A stretch of DNA of 64,000 nucleotides from Candidatus Stammera capleta. GTDB lineage: Bacteria; Pseudomonadota; Gammaproteobacteria; Enterobacterales; Enterobacteriaceae. The position numbers were made by a program, and so were the translations under genes. Each line of letters opens with the position of its first letter. The stretch's first letter is position 1. The notes below the pieces were generated by a model. The model was given only the letters and a program-made list of their open reading frames with translations, was not told the DNA's origin and ran no database searches. Shown piece after piece: positions 50,880-63,737 of this stretch. The DNA is taken from assembly GCA_036689495.1 (NCBI GenBank), contig CP144840.1:46560-110559 (forward strand). Direction: 5' to 3'.

Positions 50880-51830
50880 TTATTTAAGTTTTTTTTCTAA
50901 ATATTTTTGTACTTCTATAGCAGCTATACATCCTGAAGCTGATGATGTGATAGCTTGTTTAAACTGATTATTTATTACATCTCCGGCGGCAAATATACCA
51001 TCTATATTTGTCATAGATTGATATTTTGCATTTTTATAATTTGTTATTATATAACCTTGTTTATCTAAGTTAATTATTTTTTTAAATATTTTAGTATTTG
51101 GTTTATAACCTATAGCAATAAATAATCCATCTATTTTAATTTTATTTTTTTTATTATTATTTATATTTTGTATTTTAATACTATTTAAATATTCTTTTTG
51201 TTTATATATTTTAATTATTCTATAATTTTTATAGAAAATAATTTTTTTTTTTTTAATTTTTTTTTTTATTTTATTTATTAAGAATATTTCAGATGTTAAA
51301 TTTCTTCTATGAATTAAATATATTTTATTAACTATTTTAGATAAATATAATGATTCTTCTGCAGCAGTATTTCCTCCACCTACAATAGCAATATTTTTTT
51401 TTTTATATAATGGTCCGTCACATGTAGCACATGTGGAAATACCTTTACCATATAATTTTTTTTCTTTAGGTAAATTAAGTTTTTTTGGTTTACATCCAGT
51501 AGCAATTATTAATGCTATACAATAATATTTTTTATTTTTTCCTATTAAAGTAATAAATTTATTATTATATTCTATATTTATAATAGTATCGTGAATTATA
51601 ATAGTATTAAATTTTATAGATTGTTTTTTCATATTTTTAATTAATTTTATTCCTTTAATACTTTTATATTCTCCAGGTCAATTTTCTATTTTATTTGATT
51701 TAATAATTTGACTATCTTCTATATATTTTGTGATTAATATAGGTTTTAGATTATATCTACTTGCATATATAGAAGATGTATATCCTGCAGGTCCTGATCC
51801 TATAATTATAAGTTTTTCTATTTTTTTCAT
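50880..51830 (-). CDS. trxB: thioredoxin reductase
   Basis: ORF 50880..51632 extends upstream across TGA to the ATG at 51830-51828. Contains [25 protein letters not shown] (redox centre), [10 protein letters not shown] and AAGDV. Confidence 0.93.
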
Positions 51831-51955
51831 AATTATTTAAATATTATTAAGAGTATAGATTACTAAAATATAGTATAATTATTATACTAGTTTTTGAAAT
51901 TTGATTATATATTATTTATAATTAATATGTTTAAATTTTAATAAGTAATAGTTTT

Positions 51956-53245
<1,290 letters not shown>

Positions 53246-53250
53246 TAAAA

Positions 53251-54270
53251 ATGTTTAATAAATTTTCAGTAGCTCCTTTATATAAATATACAGATAGACA
53301 TTGTAGATATTTTTATAGTCTTTTTACTAATTATATAAAATTATATACAGGAATGATATATACATCTTTTTTTTTACGTAAATATAAAGAAAATAAATTA
53401 TTATTTAATAATATTAAAAATGTTCCTGTAGCAATACAATTTATAGGTAATAACTGTAATTATCTATATAAATCTGCTAAGATAGCAAGAAAATTGAATT
53501 TTTCTGAAATTAATTTTAATTTAGGTTGTCCTTCTAAAAGTTCTTATTTTGGTGGAATAGGTTTTTATTTAATGTCAGATATTAAACTTGTTATTAATTG
53601 TATTAATTCTTTAATTTTAGGAGCTAAAAATATTAATGTATCTGTAAAACATAGGATAAATTATAATTATTGTTATAATAATTTATTAGATTTTATTGGT
53701 AATATATCTTTATTTACTAAATGTAATTATTTTATTATTCATGCAAGAAGTATATTAAAAAATAATTTTTCTACTAAATTAAATTTAAAGTTACCTACTT
53801 TAAATTATGAATATATTTTTAGATTAAAAAAAGATTTACCTCATTTAAATATAATATTAAATGGTAATTTAAATAATATTAGAGATATAGATTATCATTT
53901 AAATTATGTTGATGGTGTTATGATGGGAAGAAAATTATATTCTTATCCTAGTATTTTATTTGATATAGATGATTATTTTAGTAAAAAAAATAATAATATA
54001 AATTTATGTAGTAAAAATAAAATATTTTTAGAAAATAAAATTAATCCTAAATTAAGACTTATTTTTTTAAAATTATATTTATATATTATTAAAGAAATAA
54101 ATTTATATAATACACATCCTTTAAGTATTCTTAAACATGTAGTAAATATTTTTAAAGGTATTAAAAATTCTTCTTATTTTAAAAAAAAAATAATTCAATC
54201 TTCTTATAATTTTAAATATTTTTCATGTTTTTATGATTTTGAAAATTTTTTATATAAAAAATTTATTTAG
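53251..54270 (+). CDS. dusA: tRNA-dihydrouridine synthase A
   Basis: [21 protein letters not shown]...LYTGMI, compared with E. coli DusA [28 protein letters not shown]. Also [9 protein letters not shown], IIHAR and DGVMMGR. Confidence 0.85.
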   Translation: [339 protein letters not shown]

Positions 54271-54550
54271 TTTTTATTTAAAAAGTAAAGTATTTTTTTA
54301 CTACATTTAAAATATGGTATAATAATTTTTTTTTTTTTTATTTTATTTTTTTTAAAATTATTATTTATAATATTTTTTTTATATGTATTTAAATAACCAA
54401 AATTTTTTATTTTTATTTTTTTTTTATTAATTTTTTTTTTAAAAAAATTAATCATTTTATTTAAAATAAAAAAAATTTTTTTTTAGATACTATTTTATTA
54501 GTATCATAATTAATTTTTTTAATTAAAATATTTAGGTTTATTGTTTTCAT
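54267..54550 (-). pseudogene. ihfB: IHF-beta/HU-family DNA-binding protein gene, split by a frameshift in an A9/T8 homopolymer
   Basis: Frame A (ATG at 54550): MKTINLNILIKKINYDTNKIVSKKKFFLF*. Frame B (ORF 54267..54455): ...KIKIKNFGYL...IIPYFKCSKKIL... carries the IEIRGFGSF and VPHFKPGKEL-type signatures. One extra A in the run fuses them into about 94 aa. Lies directly downstream of rpsA. Confidence 0.7.
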
Positions 54551-54551
54551 A

Positions 54552-56180
54552 TTATTTAATTTTTGCTATTTTAAATGCTTCTAACATTGTATTAAAACAA
54601 TTATTGTTATTTATTTTTTTTTTATTTTTTGTATATCTATCTTTTTTATATATATGTAAATATAAAAATCTATTTTTAAAATCTATATTAATTATTTTAG
54701 TAGTAATTAAATCATTTATTTTAAATTTATTTTTTATTTTATCATTATATTTTATATATCCTATTATTCCTTCATCTGTTAATATTTTAATATTGTTTTC
54801 TTTAAATTTAATTATTTTAACTTTTAATAAAAGGTTTTTTTTTTGAATTTCTAAATATTTATTAATTGGATCTTCTGTAAGTTGTTTAATACCTAATGAA
54901 ATTCTTTCTTTATCTGTATCTATTTGTAGAATAGATGTTTTAATTTTGTCACCTTTTTGATATATATTTTTATTATTTATTGTATTTCAAGATATATCTG
55001 AACTATGTACTAATCCATTAATTCCTTTATCTAAGTTTAAAAATATTCCAAAATCAGTTATTGATTTTATAGTTCCTATTATAGTATCACCTTTATTATA
55101 ATGTTTAATAAATTTTTTTCATGGATTAGGTTTACATTGTTTAATTCCTAAAGATATTCTACGTTTTTCTTGATCTATATTTAATATTACTGCTTCTATA
55201 GAATTACCTATATTAAATATTTTAAATGGATTAATATTTTTATTTTTTCAATCTATTTCTGATACATGAGCTAAACCTTCTATACCTTCTTCAATTTCTA
55301 TAAAACATCCATAGTCAGTTAAATTGGTAATTTTACCTTTTATTTTACTTTTTAAAGGATATTTATTATTTATATTTTTTCATGGATCTTCGCTAAGTTG
55401 TTTTAATCCTAAAGAAACCCTTGTATTTTTTTTGTCAAATTTAATAATTTTTACGTTTATTTTTTCTCCTATTTTAAGTATTTCATTAGGATGTTTTACT
55501 CTTTTTCATGCTATATCTGTTATATGTAGTAATCCGTCTAAACCTCCTAAATCTATAAATGCTCCGTAATCTGTAATATTTTTTACTATTCCTTCTAAAA
55601 TTAAACCTTCATAAATATTTTTAATTAATTTTTCTCTTTCAAAATTATTTTCACTAAGTATTACAGCTTTTCTTGAAATTACTATATTATTATTATTCTT
55701 ATCTAATTTTATTATTTTAAATTCTAATTTTTTTTCTAATAAATTAGTTAAATCTTTAATAGGTTTAATATCTATTAAAGATCCAGGTAAAAATGCTTTT
55801 ATTCCATTAATATCTACTGTTAAACCTCCTTTTACTTTACCGTTTATTATACCTTTAATTATTATAGATTCTTTAAATGATTTTTCTATATTAAGTCATG
55901 ATTTATATTTTTGAGCTTTTTCTCTAGATAAAATAGTTTCTCCATATCCTCCGGAAATATAATCTACTAGAACTTCTACATTATCATTAACTTTAATATT
56001 TATTTTACCTTTAGAATCTTTAAATTGTTCTATTGGTATATATGATTCTGATTTTAAACCAGAATCTACAATTACATTTTTATGATCTATATCTATTATT
56101 TTAACTTTTATTATAGAACCTTGTTTAATATTTTTTTTTTTAATTATTTTTTTAAATAGTTTACCAAATATTTCAGTCAT
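54552..56180 (-). CDS. rpsA: 30S ribosomal protein S1
   Basis: ORF 55896..56180 extends across many TGA to TAA at 54552-54554, which I checked codon by codon. About 542 aa. Repeated S1 domains ([51 protein letters not shown]). Confidence 0.93.
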
Positions 56181-56224
56181 TTTTGTTGTTGAAATAATAA
56201 TATTAAATTAATTTTTTTTTTCTT

Positions 56225-56701
56225 TTAAAAAGGAATATCATCAAAATCTATTGATAGATCTTCTGATTTGTTTTTAATTTTTTTTTTTTTAAAATTTGTT
56301 TTTTTTTGTTTTATATTATTTTTTAAATTATTTATTGTTTTTTGATTATTTTTTTTTGTTCCTAACATTTGCATTGTACCATTCATATTTACAATTATTT
56401 CTGTAGTATATCTATCATTACCATTTTTATCTTGTCATTTTTTAGTTTTTAATGATCCTTCTATATAAATTTGTGATCCTTTACGTAAATATTCTGCTGC
56501 TATTTCTGCTAATTTACCAAATAAAACGACTTTATGCCATTCTGTTTTTTCTTTATTTTCTCCTGTATTTTTATCTTTTCATATTTCTGAAGTAGCTAAA
56601 TTTAAATTAGTTACTGTATTTCCGTTAGATGTATATCTAATTTCCGGATCTTGACCTAAATTACCTATTAAAATTACTTTATTAATTCCTTTGCTTGCCA
56701 T
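56225..56701 (-). CDS. ssb: single-stranded DNA-binding protein
   Basis: My own translation: [40 protein letters not shown]-...[33 protein letters not shown]-...DDIPF*, the canonical SSB tail. Confidence 0.95.
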
Positions 56702-56813
56702 ATTATATTAGTTTATTACTCAAATAGTTTATTTTATTAAATAAATTTTATTATAAAATAAATATATTGAAAAATATATATACTTTTTATATTTTATTTT
56801 TTTAGTTTTAAAA

Positions 56814-58187
56814 CTAATATTTATATGATGCATAGTTGTCAAATCTAGATATTTTACCATTAAAAACTAAATGTATAGTACCTGTTGGACCATTACGTTG
56901 TTTACCAATTATAATTTCTGCTATTCCTTTCATATCTGAATTATCATTATATACTTCATCTCTATATATAAACATAATTAGATCAGCATCTTGTTCTATA
57001 GAACCTGATTCTCTTAAATCTGAATTTACTGGTCTTTTATCTATTCTTTGTTCAGAAAGTCTATTTAATTGTGATAGAGCTATTATTGGAATTTTTAATT
57101 CTTTGGCTAAAAATTTTAATGATCTAGATATATCTGCTATTTCTAATGCTCTATTATCTAAATATGAAGATGATTTCATTAATTGTAGATAATCTATCAT
57201 AACTAAACTTAATCCTTTATTTTCTTTATATATTTTTCTAGTTCTAGATCTAACGTCTGTTGGTGTTAAAGAACATGAATCATCTATAAAAATATTTTTT
57301 TTGTTTTTTAATATTTTTATTGTACTTAATATTCTAGTTCAATCTTCATGATTTAATTTTCCAGTTTTAATTTTATTTTGATTTACTCTAGATAAAGAAG
57401 ATATTATTCTTATTATTATTTGTTCTGAAGGCATTTCTAAACTAAATATTAATACTGGTTTTTTTTGAGACATTGCAATATTTTCGCATATATTCATAGC
57501 AAAAGTTGTTTTACCCATCGATGGTCTTGCAGCAATTATAATTAAATCTGATTTTTGTAAACCAAATGTTTTTTTATTTAGATCTATATATCCTGTATCT
57601 ATTCCTGTTATTTCTTCACTTGGATTAGTATATAATTGTTTAATTTTTTTTTTAGTTTCTTTTATTATATTAGATATATTTTTAGGACCTGTTGTTTTAT
57701 TTAATTCTTTCTCTGATATTTTAAATATTTTTGATTCAGCTATATCTATAAGATCTTTACTATTTTTACCTTTTAAATTAAAACTTGTAGTAATTATTTC
57801 ATTAGCTGTATTAATAATTTTTCTAATAACTGATTTTTCTTTTATTATTTTAGCATGATATATAATATTAGTGATATTTAATATATTTTGAGAAATTTGT
57901 GCTAAATAATTAAATCCTCCTATTGCTTTTAAGTATTTATTTTTTTTTAATGATTCAGAAAGTGTAATTAAATCTATAGGTTTATAAGATTTAGAAAGAT
58001 TTTCCATTTCTAAAAATATTATTTGATGTGATTTTTGAAAAAAATCTTTATAATTTATTATTTCATAAATATTTTCTCATTTATCATTATCTAACATTAA
58101 TCCTCCTATAACGGATTGTTCTGCTTCTATAGAATATGGAGGTATTTTATAAGGAGAAAATTCTATATTGTTATTTATATTTTTCAT
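56814..58187 (-). CDS. dnaB: replicative DNA helicase DnaB
   Basis: Fragments 57339..58007 and 56814..57200 plus an N-terminal extension to the ATG at 58187-58185 share a frame across TGA. Contains PPYSIEAEQSVIGGLMLDN, ARPSMGKTTFA and IDYLQLM...ALSQLNR. Confidence 0.96.
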
Positions 58188-58272
58188 ATTTTAAAAATAT
58201 ATTTAGTTATTTTATAATATTTTATTATAAATAATAATATTATATATTAATATAATATATTTGGATAAAATT

Positions 58273-59403
58273 ATGATACCTATAAGTTTATATATACATG
58301 TACCTTTTTGTTTTAGTAAATGTCCATATTGTGCTTTTTTAAGTTTTACAGATTATAAAAATGTAAATATTAAAAGATATATTTTAAGTATGTTAAGAGA
58401 TTTAAAAAAAGATTTTTTCTTTAAAAATGATAAAAGATATATTTATAGTATTTATATAGGTGGTGGAACACCTAATGTTTTAAGTTTGAATAATATTTAT
58501 TTTTTATTAGAAAATATTTTTTTAAATTTTTTATGCAAAAAAAATATAGAAATTACTTTAGAAGTAAATATTTTAAATTTTAATATAAATAATATATTTT
58601 ATTATTCTAAAATGGGTATTAATAGATTATCTATAGGTGTACAAAGTTTTGATAATAATGTTTTAAAAAATATTGAAAGAAATTATACATATAATGATAT
58701 ATTAAATATAATATATAATGTTAAATGTTATTTTAATAATTTTAATATAGATTTAATATATGGTTTACCTAATCAAAGTGTTAATAGTGCTATTAAAGAT
58801 ATAATTAATGTTATAAAATTAAATATTCCTCATTTATCTTGATATGAATTAATAATTAAAAAAAATACTAAATATTATAATTTTTTAAATAAAATTAATT
58901 ATTCTAAAATAGAAAAGATTTTTTTTTTAGGAAAGAAAATTCTTAAAGAATATGGTTATTTTCAATATGAAATATCTTCTTATGTAAAAACAAAAAGAAA
59001 AGTTTGTTTTCATAATATTAATTATTGGCGTTTTGGTGATTATTTAGGTATTGGCTGTGGAGCACATAGTAAAATAACTACATCAAATTATAAATCTATA
59101 TATAGAACTATAAAAATTAAAAATTTAGATAATTATATAAAAGGTTTATATATAAATAAAAGATATATATTATCTGTTAAAGATATTATTACTGAATATT
59201 TTATATGTAGATTAAGATTGTTAACTCCATTTTGTATTAAAAATTTTACTTTTTATACTGGGTTAAAATTTAGTTTTGTAAAATTTAAAATTCGTTTAGC
59301 TATAAAAAAAAAGTATTTAGTTTATATACATAAAAAAAAACATTTTTTTTTAACTAAAAAAGGTTTTTTATTTTTAAATGATTGTTTAGAAATATTTTGT
59401 TAA
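58273..59403 (+). CDS. hemW: radical-SAM heme chaperone HemW (HemN-like, YggW family)
   Basis: ISLYIHVPFCFSKCPYCAF (CxxxCxxC), GGGTP, RLSIGVQSF, HLSW-YEL and HN.NYW...G.GCGAHS. One frame across TGA. The start could instead be the TTG at 58261. Confidence 0.7.
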
Positions 59404-59411
59404 ATATTTAA

Positions 59412-59972
59412 TTATTTTTTTATGAATAATTTATATTTTATATTTTGAGTATGTTTTTTTTTATATAAAATTCATTTTTTTGGAATATTAAGTAGTTTAT
59501 TTTTTTTATATGTTTCTATATATATAAAAGATTTTTTTTTTAAAAAATTATTTTTTTCTATTAATTTAATAATTAAATTAATATTTTTATTTTTATATGG
59601 TGCATCTATAAATATTAAATCAAATTTTTTTTTTTTTTTTTTTTTTAATCATGTAAATATATCTATATTTATAATAGAATATTTTTTTTTTTTAATTTTT
59701 TTAAAATTTTTTTTTATATTTTTAAAAGTTTTGTATTTTTTTTCTATTACAGTTACATGTTTAGCTCTTCTAGATATAGATTCTAAACTTAAAATTCCAC
59801 TACCTGCAAAACAGTCTAAACATATAAAATTTTTTATAAATGGATTTAATCAATCAAATAGAGTTTTTCTTATACCTACTAAAGTAGGTTTAGTAGATTT
59901 ATCTTTTAATATTTTAATTTTTTTTCCTTTAAATATTCCACCTATTATTTTTAAATGATTTTTACATATCAT
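59412..59972 (-). CDS. rsmD: 16S rRNA (guanine966-N2)-methyltransferase RsmD
   Basis: My own codon-by-codon translation: MICKNHLKIIGGIFKGKKIKILKDKSTKPTLVGIRKTLFDW-LNPFI...CLDCFAGSGILSLESISR...FIDAPY, compared with E. coli RsmD LRIIGGQWRGRKL...RPTTDRVRETLFNWL...CLDCFAGSGALGLEALSR...FVDPPF. Confidence 0.8.
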
Positions 59973-60084
59973 ATTTTATATTTAATATTTAAAATTTAAT
60001 GTAAATTAATTTTTATTTATTATATTATAGTTTATAATATATATAAATTATGTTATATAATTTATTTTTTATTAATATTTTCAT

Positions 60085-60930
60085 ATGAAAGTTAATATTA
60101 CTAATTTTAAAGTATTTAATTTAGGTAGATTAAGTTCTTATATATATAAAGTAAATTCTTGACCGATTTTATCTTTAGAAAAAGAATATCAATTAACTAA
60201 TCGTTTTTATTATTATAATGATTTAGATTCTGCTAAAGAATTAATTCTTTATCATTTACGTTTTGTAATATATATTGCTAAAAATTATTCTGGATATGGT
60301 TTACCTCAAGCAGATTTGATTCAGGAGGGAAATATTGGTTTAATGAAGGCAGTAAAAAAATTTAATCCTTTTTATGGAGTTAGAATTATATCTTTTGCTA
60401 TTTATTGAATAAAAGCTAAAATACATGAATATATTTTAAAAAATTGAAAAATTGTAAAAATTGCTACTACTAAATCACAGCGTAAATTATTTTTTAATTT
60501 AAGAAAAATTAAAAAAAAAACAGGTTGATTTAATAATCAAGAAATTAATATTATTGCACGTAAATTTAGTGTGTCTCAAAAGGATGTAAGAGAAATGGAA
60601 TTACGTATGTTTTCTAAAGATTTAGTTATAGATAAAAAAATTGATTATTATTATCCTAATTTCTTTTATTCTATATGAGATAAATGTTCTGATTTTGCTA
60701 ATAATTTTGAAAAAATAAATTGAGTAAAATATAATGTTAAAAAATTGAAACAAGCTTTAAATTATTTAGATAGTAGAAGTAAACATATTATAGAGTCTAG
60801 ATGATTATATAATAATCAAAAAACTACTTTAAAAAAATTAGCATTGTATTATAATATTTCAGCAGAAAGAATTCGTCAATTAGAAAAGAATGCTATGAAA
60901 AAATTGAAATTAGTTTTAGAAAGTAATTAA
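60085..60930 (+). CDS. rpoH: RNA polymerase sigma-32 (heat-shock sigma factor)
   Basis: Table-4 translation. Region 2 reads [38 protein letters not shown]. The RpoH box [10 protein letters not shown] is at 60478-60507. Region 4 reads [27 protein letters not shown]. Confidence 0.93.
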
Positions 60931-60968
60931 TTTTATTTAGTTAATAATATTTTATTTATAGGTTTATT

Positions 60969-61493
60969 GTGACTACTATATTGAGTGTTAGAAAAAAAAA
61001 TTTGGTTGTTATGGGCGGTGATGGACAAGCTACTTTTGGTCATATAATTATGAAAAGTAATGTATGTAAAGTACGTAAACTTTATTATAATAAAATACTT
61101 GCTGGTTTTGCAGGTGGTACAGCCGATGCTTTTACTTTATTTGAATGTTTTGAAAAAAAATTAGAAATGTATCAAGGTCATGTAATAAAATCTGCAGTAG
61201 AATTAGCTAAAGATTGAAGAACAGATCATAGTTTAAGAAAATTAGAAGCTTTGTTAGCAGTTACTGATATTAAATATTCTTTAATTATTACTGGTAGTGG
61301 AGATATTATTCAACCTGAAAATAATTTAATTGCTATAGGTAGTGGAGGATCTTATGCGTTAGCTTCAGCTAGAGCTTTATTAGAAAATACTGATTTAGAT
61401 GCTCGTAGTGTAGTAAAAAAATCTTTATCTATATCTGCAGATATATGTTTATATACAAATCATATTTTTACTATTAAAGAATTAAATTATTAA
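60969..61493 (+). CDS. hslV: ATP-dependent protease subunit HslV
   Basis: GTG start followed by TTILSVRK (catalytic Thr2). GGDGQATFG...[11 protein letters not shown]. Fragments 60969..61217 and 61251..61493 share a frame across TGA. Confidence 0.95.
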
Positions 61494-61526
61494 TTATTTA
61501 GATTTATTTAAACAAGGATATTTATT

Positions 61527-62858
61527 ATGTATACTGAATTAACTCCTCAAGAGATTGTATATGAATTAAATAAATTCATTATAGGTCAAGATAATGCTAA
61601 AAAAGCAGTAGCTATAGCATTAAGAAATAGATGGCGTAGAATGCAATTAAGTGACGATTTTCGTAACGAAATAACTCCTAAAAATATTTTAATGATAGGT
61701 CCTACAGGAGTAGGTAAAACAGAAATTGCTCGTAGATTAGCTAAGTTAAGTAATTCTCCTTTTATTAAAGTAGAAGCTACTAAATTTACTGAAGTAGGTT
61801 ATGTAGGTAAAGAGGTAGATTCTATAATTAGAGATTTAGTAGATTATGCTATTAAAATGATAAAAATGCAGTCTATAAAAATTAATATGTGTAAAGCAAA
61901 AAATATAGCAGAAGAACGTATAGTAGATATAATATTATCTAATAATAAAAATATTGATAAAAAAAACCATACACAATATAAAATTAGTAAAAATATATTA
62001 TTAAATAAATTACGTGATGGTATTTTAGATAATGATATTATAGAAATTAATATTAGTACTCCTTCATTTGGTATTGAAATTATGTCTCCTCCAGGTATGG
62101 AAGAAATGACTAATCAATTGCAATCTATATTTCAAAATATAAGTAGTCAAAAAAAAAAAGTTCGTAAATTAAAAATTAAAGATGCTATAAAATTATTAAT
62201 TGAAGAAGAATCAACAAAATTAATAAATTTTGATAATTTAAAACGTAAGGCTATAGATTTAGTAGAACAACAAGGTATAGTTTTTATAGATGAAATTGAT
62301 AAAGTTTGTAAAAGAGGTGAATCTTCTTCAGATTCTGGTATTTCTAGAGAAGGTGTACAAAGAGATTTATTACCTTTAGTAGAAGGATGTACTGTATCAA
62401 CTAAGTATGGTGTAGTAAAAACAGATTATATTTTGTTTATTGCATCTGGTGCATTTCAATTTTGTAGTCCTAGTGATTTAATTCCAGAATTACAAGGTAG
62501 ATTACCTATTAAAGTTGAATTAAAAGCTTTGACTTCTCATGATTTTGAAAGAATATTAATTGAACCTAATATTTCTATTACATCACAATATAAAGCTTTA
62601 CTAAATGTAGAAGGAGTAAAAATTATATTTACTGATGATGGTATTAAATATTTAGCTAATATTTCTTGAAAAATTAATGAAAATACTGAAAATATAGGAG
62701 CTAGAAGATTACATACAGTTTTAGAAAAATTAATGGAAGATATATCGTATAGAGCAAACGATTATAAAGGAAAATCTGTTTTAATAGATTCTGATTATGT
62801 AAAAAATAAATTAGATAATTTATTTGTAAATGAAGATTTAAGTAAATTTATATTGTAA
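61527..62858 (+). CDS. hslU: ATP-dependent protease ATPase subunit HslU
   Basis: [60 protein letters not shown]. Continues across TGA to ...[22 protein letters not shown] at 62856-62858. Confidence 0.97.
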
Positions 62859-62861
62859 TTT

Positions 62862-63674
62862 TTATTTTTGACATTTTTTACAAAAAAATAAACTTCTTCC
62901 ATATTTTTTAATTTTTTGAATTTTTTTTTTACAATAAAAACATTGTTGACCTAATTTTTGGTAAACTAATAATTTATTTTGAAAAAATCCATAATTATTA
63001 TTTATATTTTTATAATTTCTAATCGTAGTGCCTTTATAAAATAAAGCTTTTTTAAGTATTAATTTAATATTTATTACTAGAGTTTTAATTTCTTTATAAC
63101 TTAAAGTATTAGATTTTCTGTATGGTTTTATTTTAGATAAGAATAAACTTTCGTTTGCATATATATTACCAATACCTGAAATAATTTTGTTATCCATAAT
63201 TAAATTATGGATGCATTTTCTTTTTTTTTTAGTTATTTTATAAAGATATTTAGAATTAAATTTTTTTTTTAGAGGTTCAGGCCCTAATTTGGAAATAATT
63301 TTTTTAATTTTTTTTTTTGAATTAAATATTAATAAATAACCAAATTTTCTTATATCATTATATCTTATAATTTTTTTATTATTTAATATAAGATCTCAAT
63401 GATCATGTTTAGTATTTTTTTGTATATTATTTATTAATAATATATTACCTGACATACCTAAATGAATTAGTAAATAATATTTATTAGTTTTAATAATTAA
63501 ATATTTAGAAAATCTTTTTATTTTTAAAATAATTTGTTCTTTTATTTTTTTAATTTTTTTAGGTATAATATATTTTAATTTATTATTATATATAATAATA
63601 TTATTAATTTTTTTTTTTAAACAATTTTTTTTTAATTCTTTTTTAATTGTTTCTATTTCTGGTAGTTCAGGCAT
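62862..63674 (-). CDS. mutM: formamidopyrimidine-DNA glycosylase (Fpg/MutM)
   Basis: MPELPEIETIKK (catalytic Pro2/Glu3), HLGMSG, GIGNIYANESLF, and a C-terminal zinc finger CFYCKKK...FFCKKCQK. Fragments 63396..63674 and 62862..63197 share a frame; I checked the gap and it is open. Confidence 0.92.
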
Positions 63675-63737
63675 TTGAAAATTATTTTATTTTTTTATAA
63701 GTTTATATATAGTAACATATTTATTTAATAATAATAA

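Noticed and set aside
56836-57192. A 118-aa plus-strand ORF antisense to dnaB. Similar antisense ORFs from the track: 4515..4703(-), 19454..19654(+), 23126..23374(-), 29712..29909(-), 32648..32869(+), 35066..35254(+), 54541..54846(+), 55324..55569(+), 59731..59958(+).
   Set aside because: Each lies wholly inside a strongly supported conserved gene on the opposite strand. None has a recognisable motif. All are the usual shadow frames of biased coding sequence.
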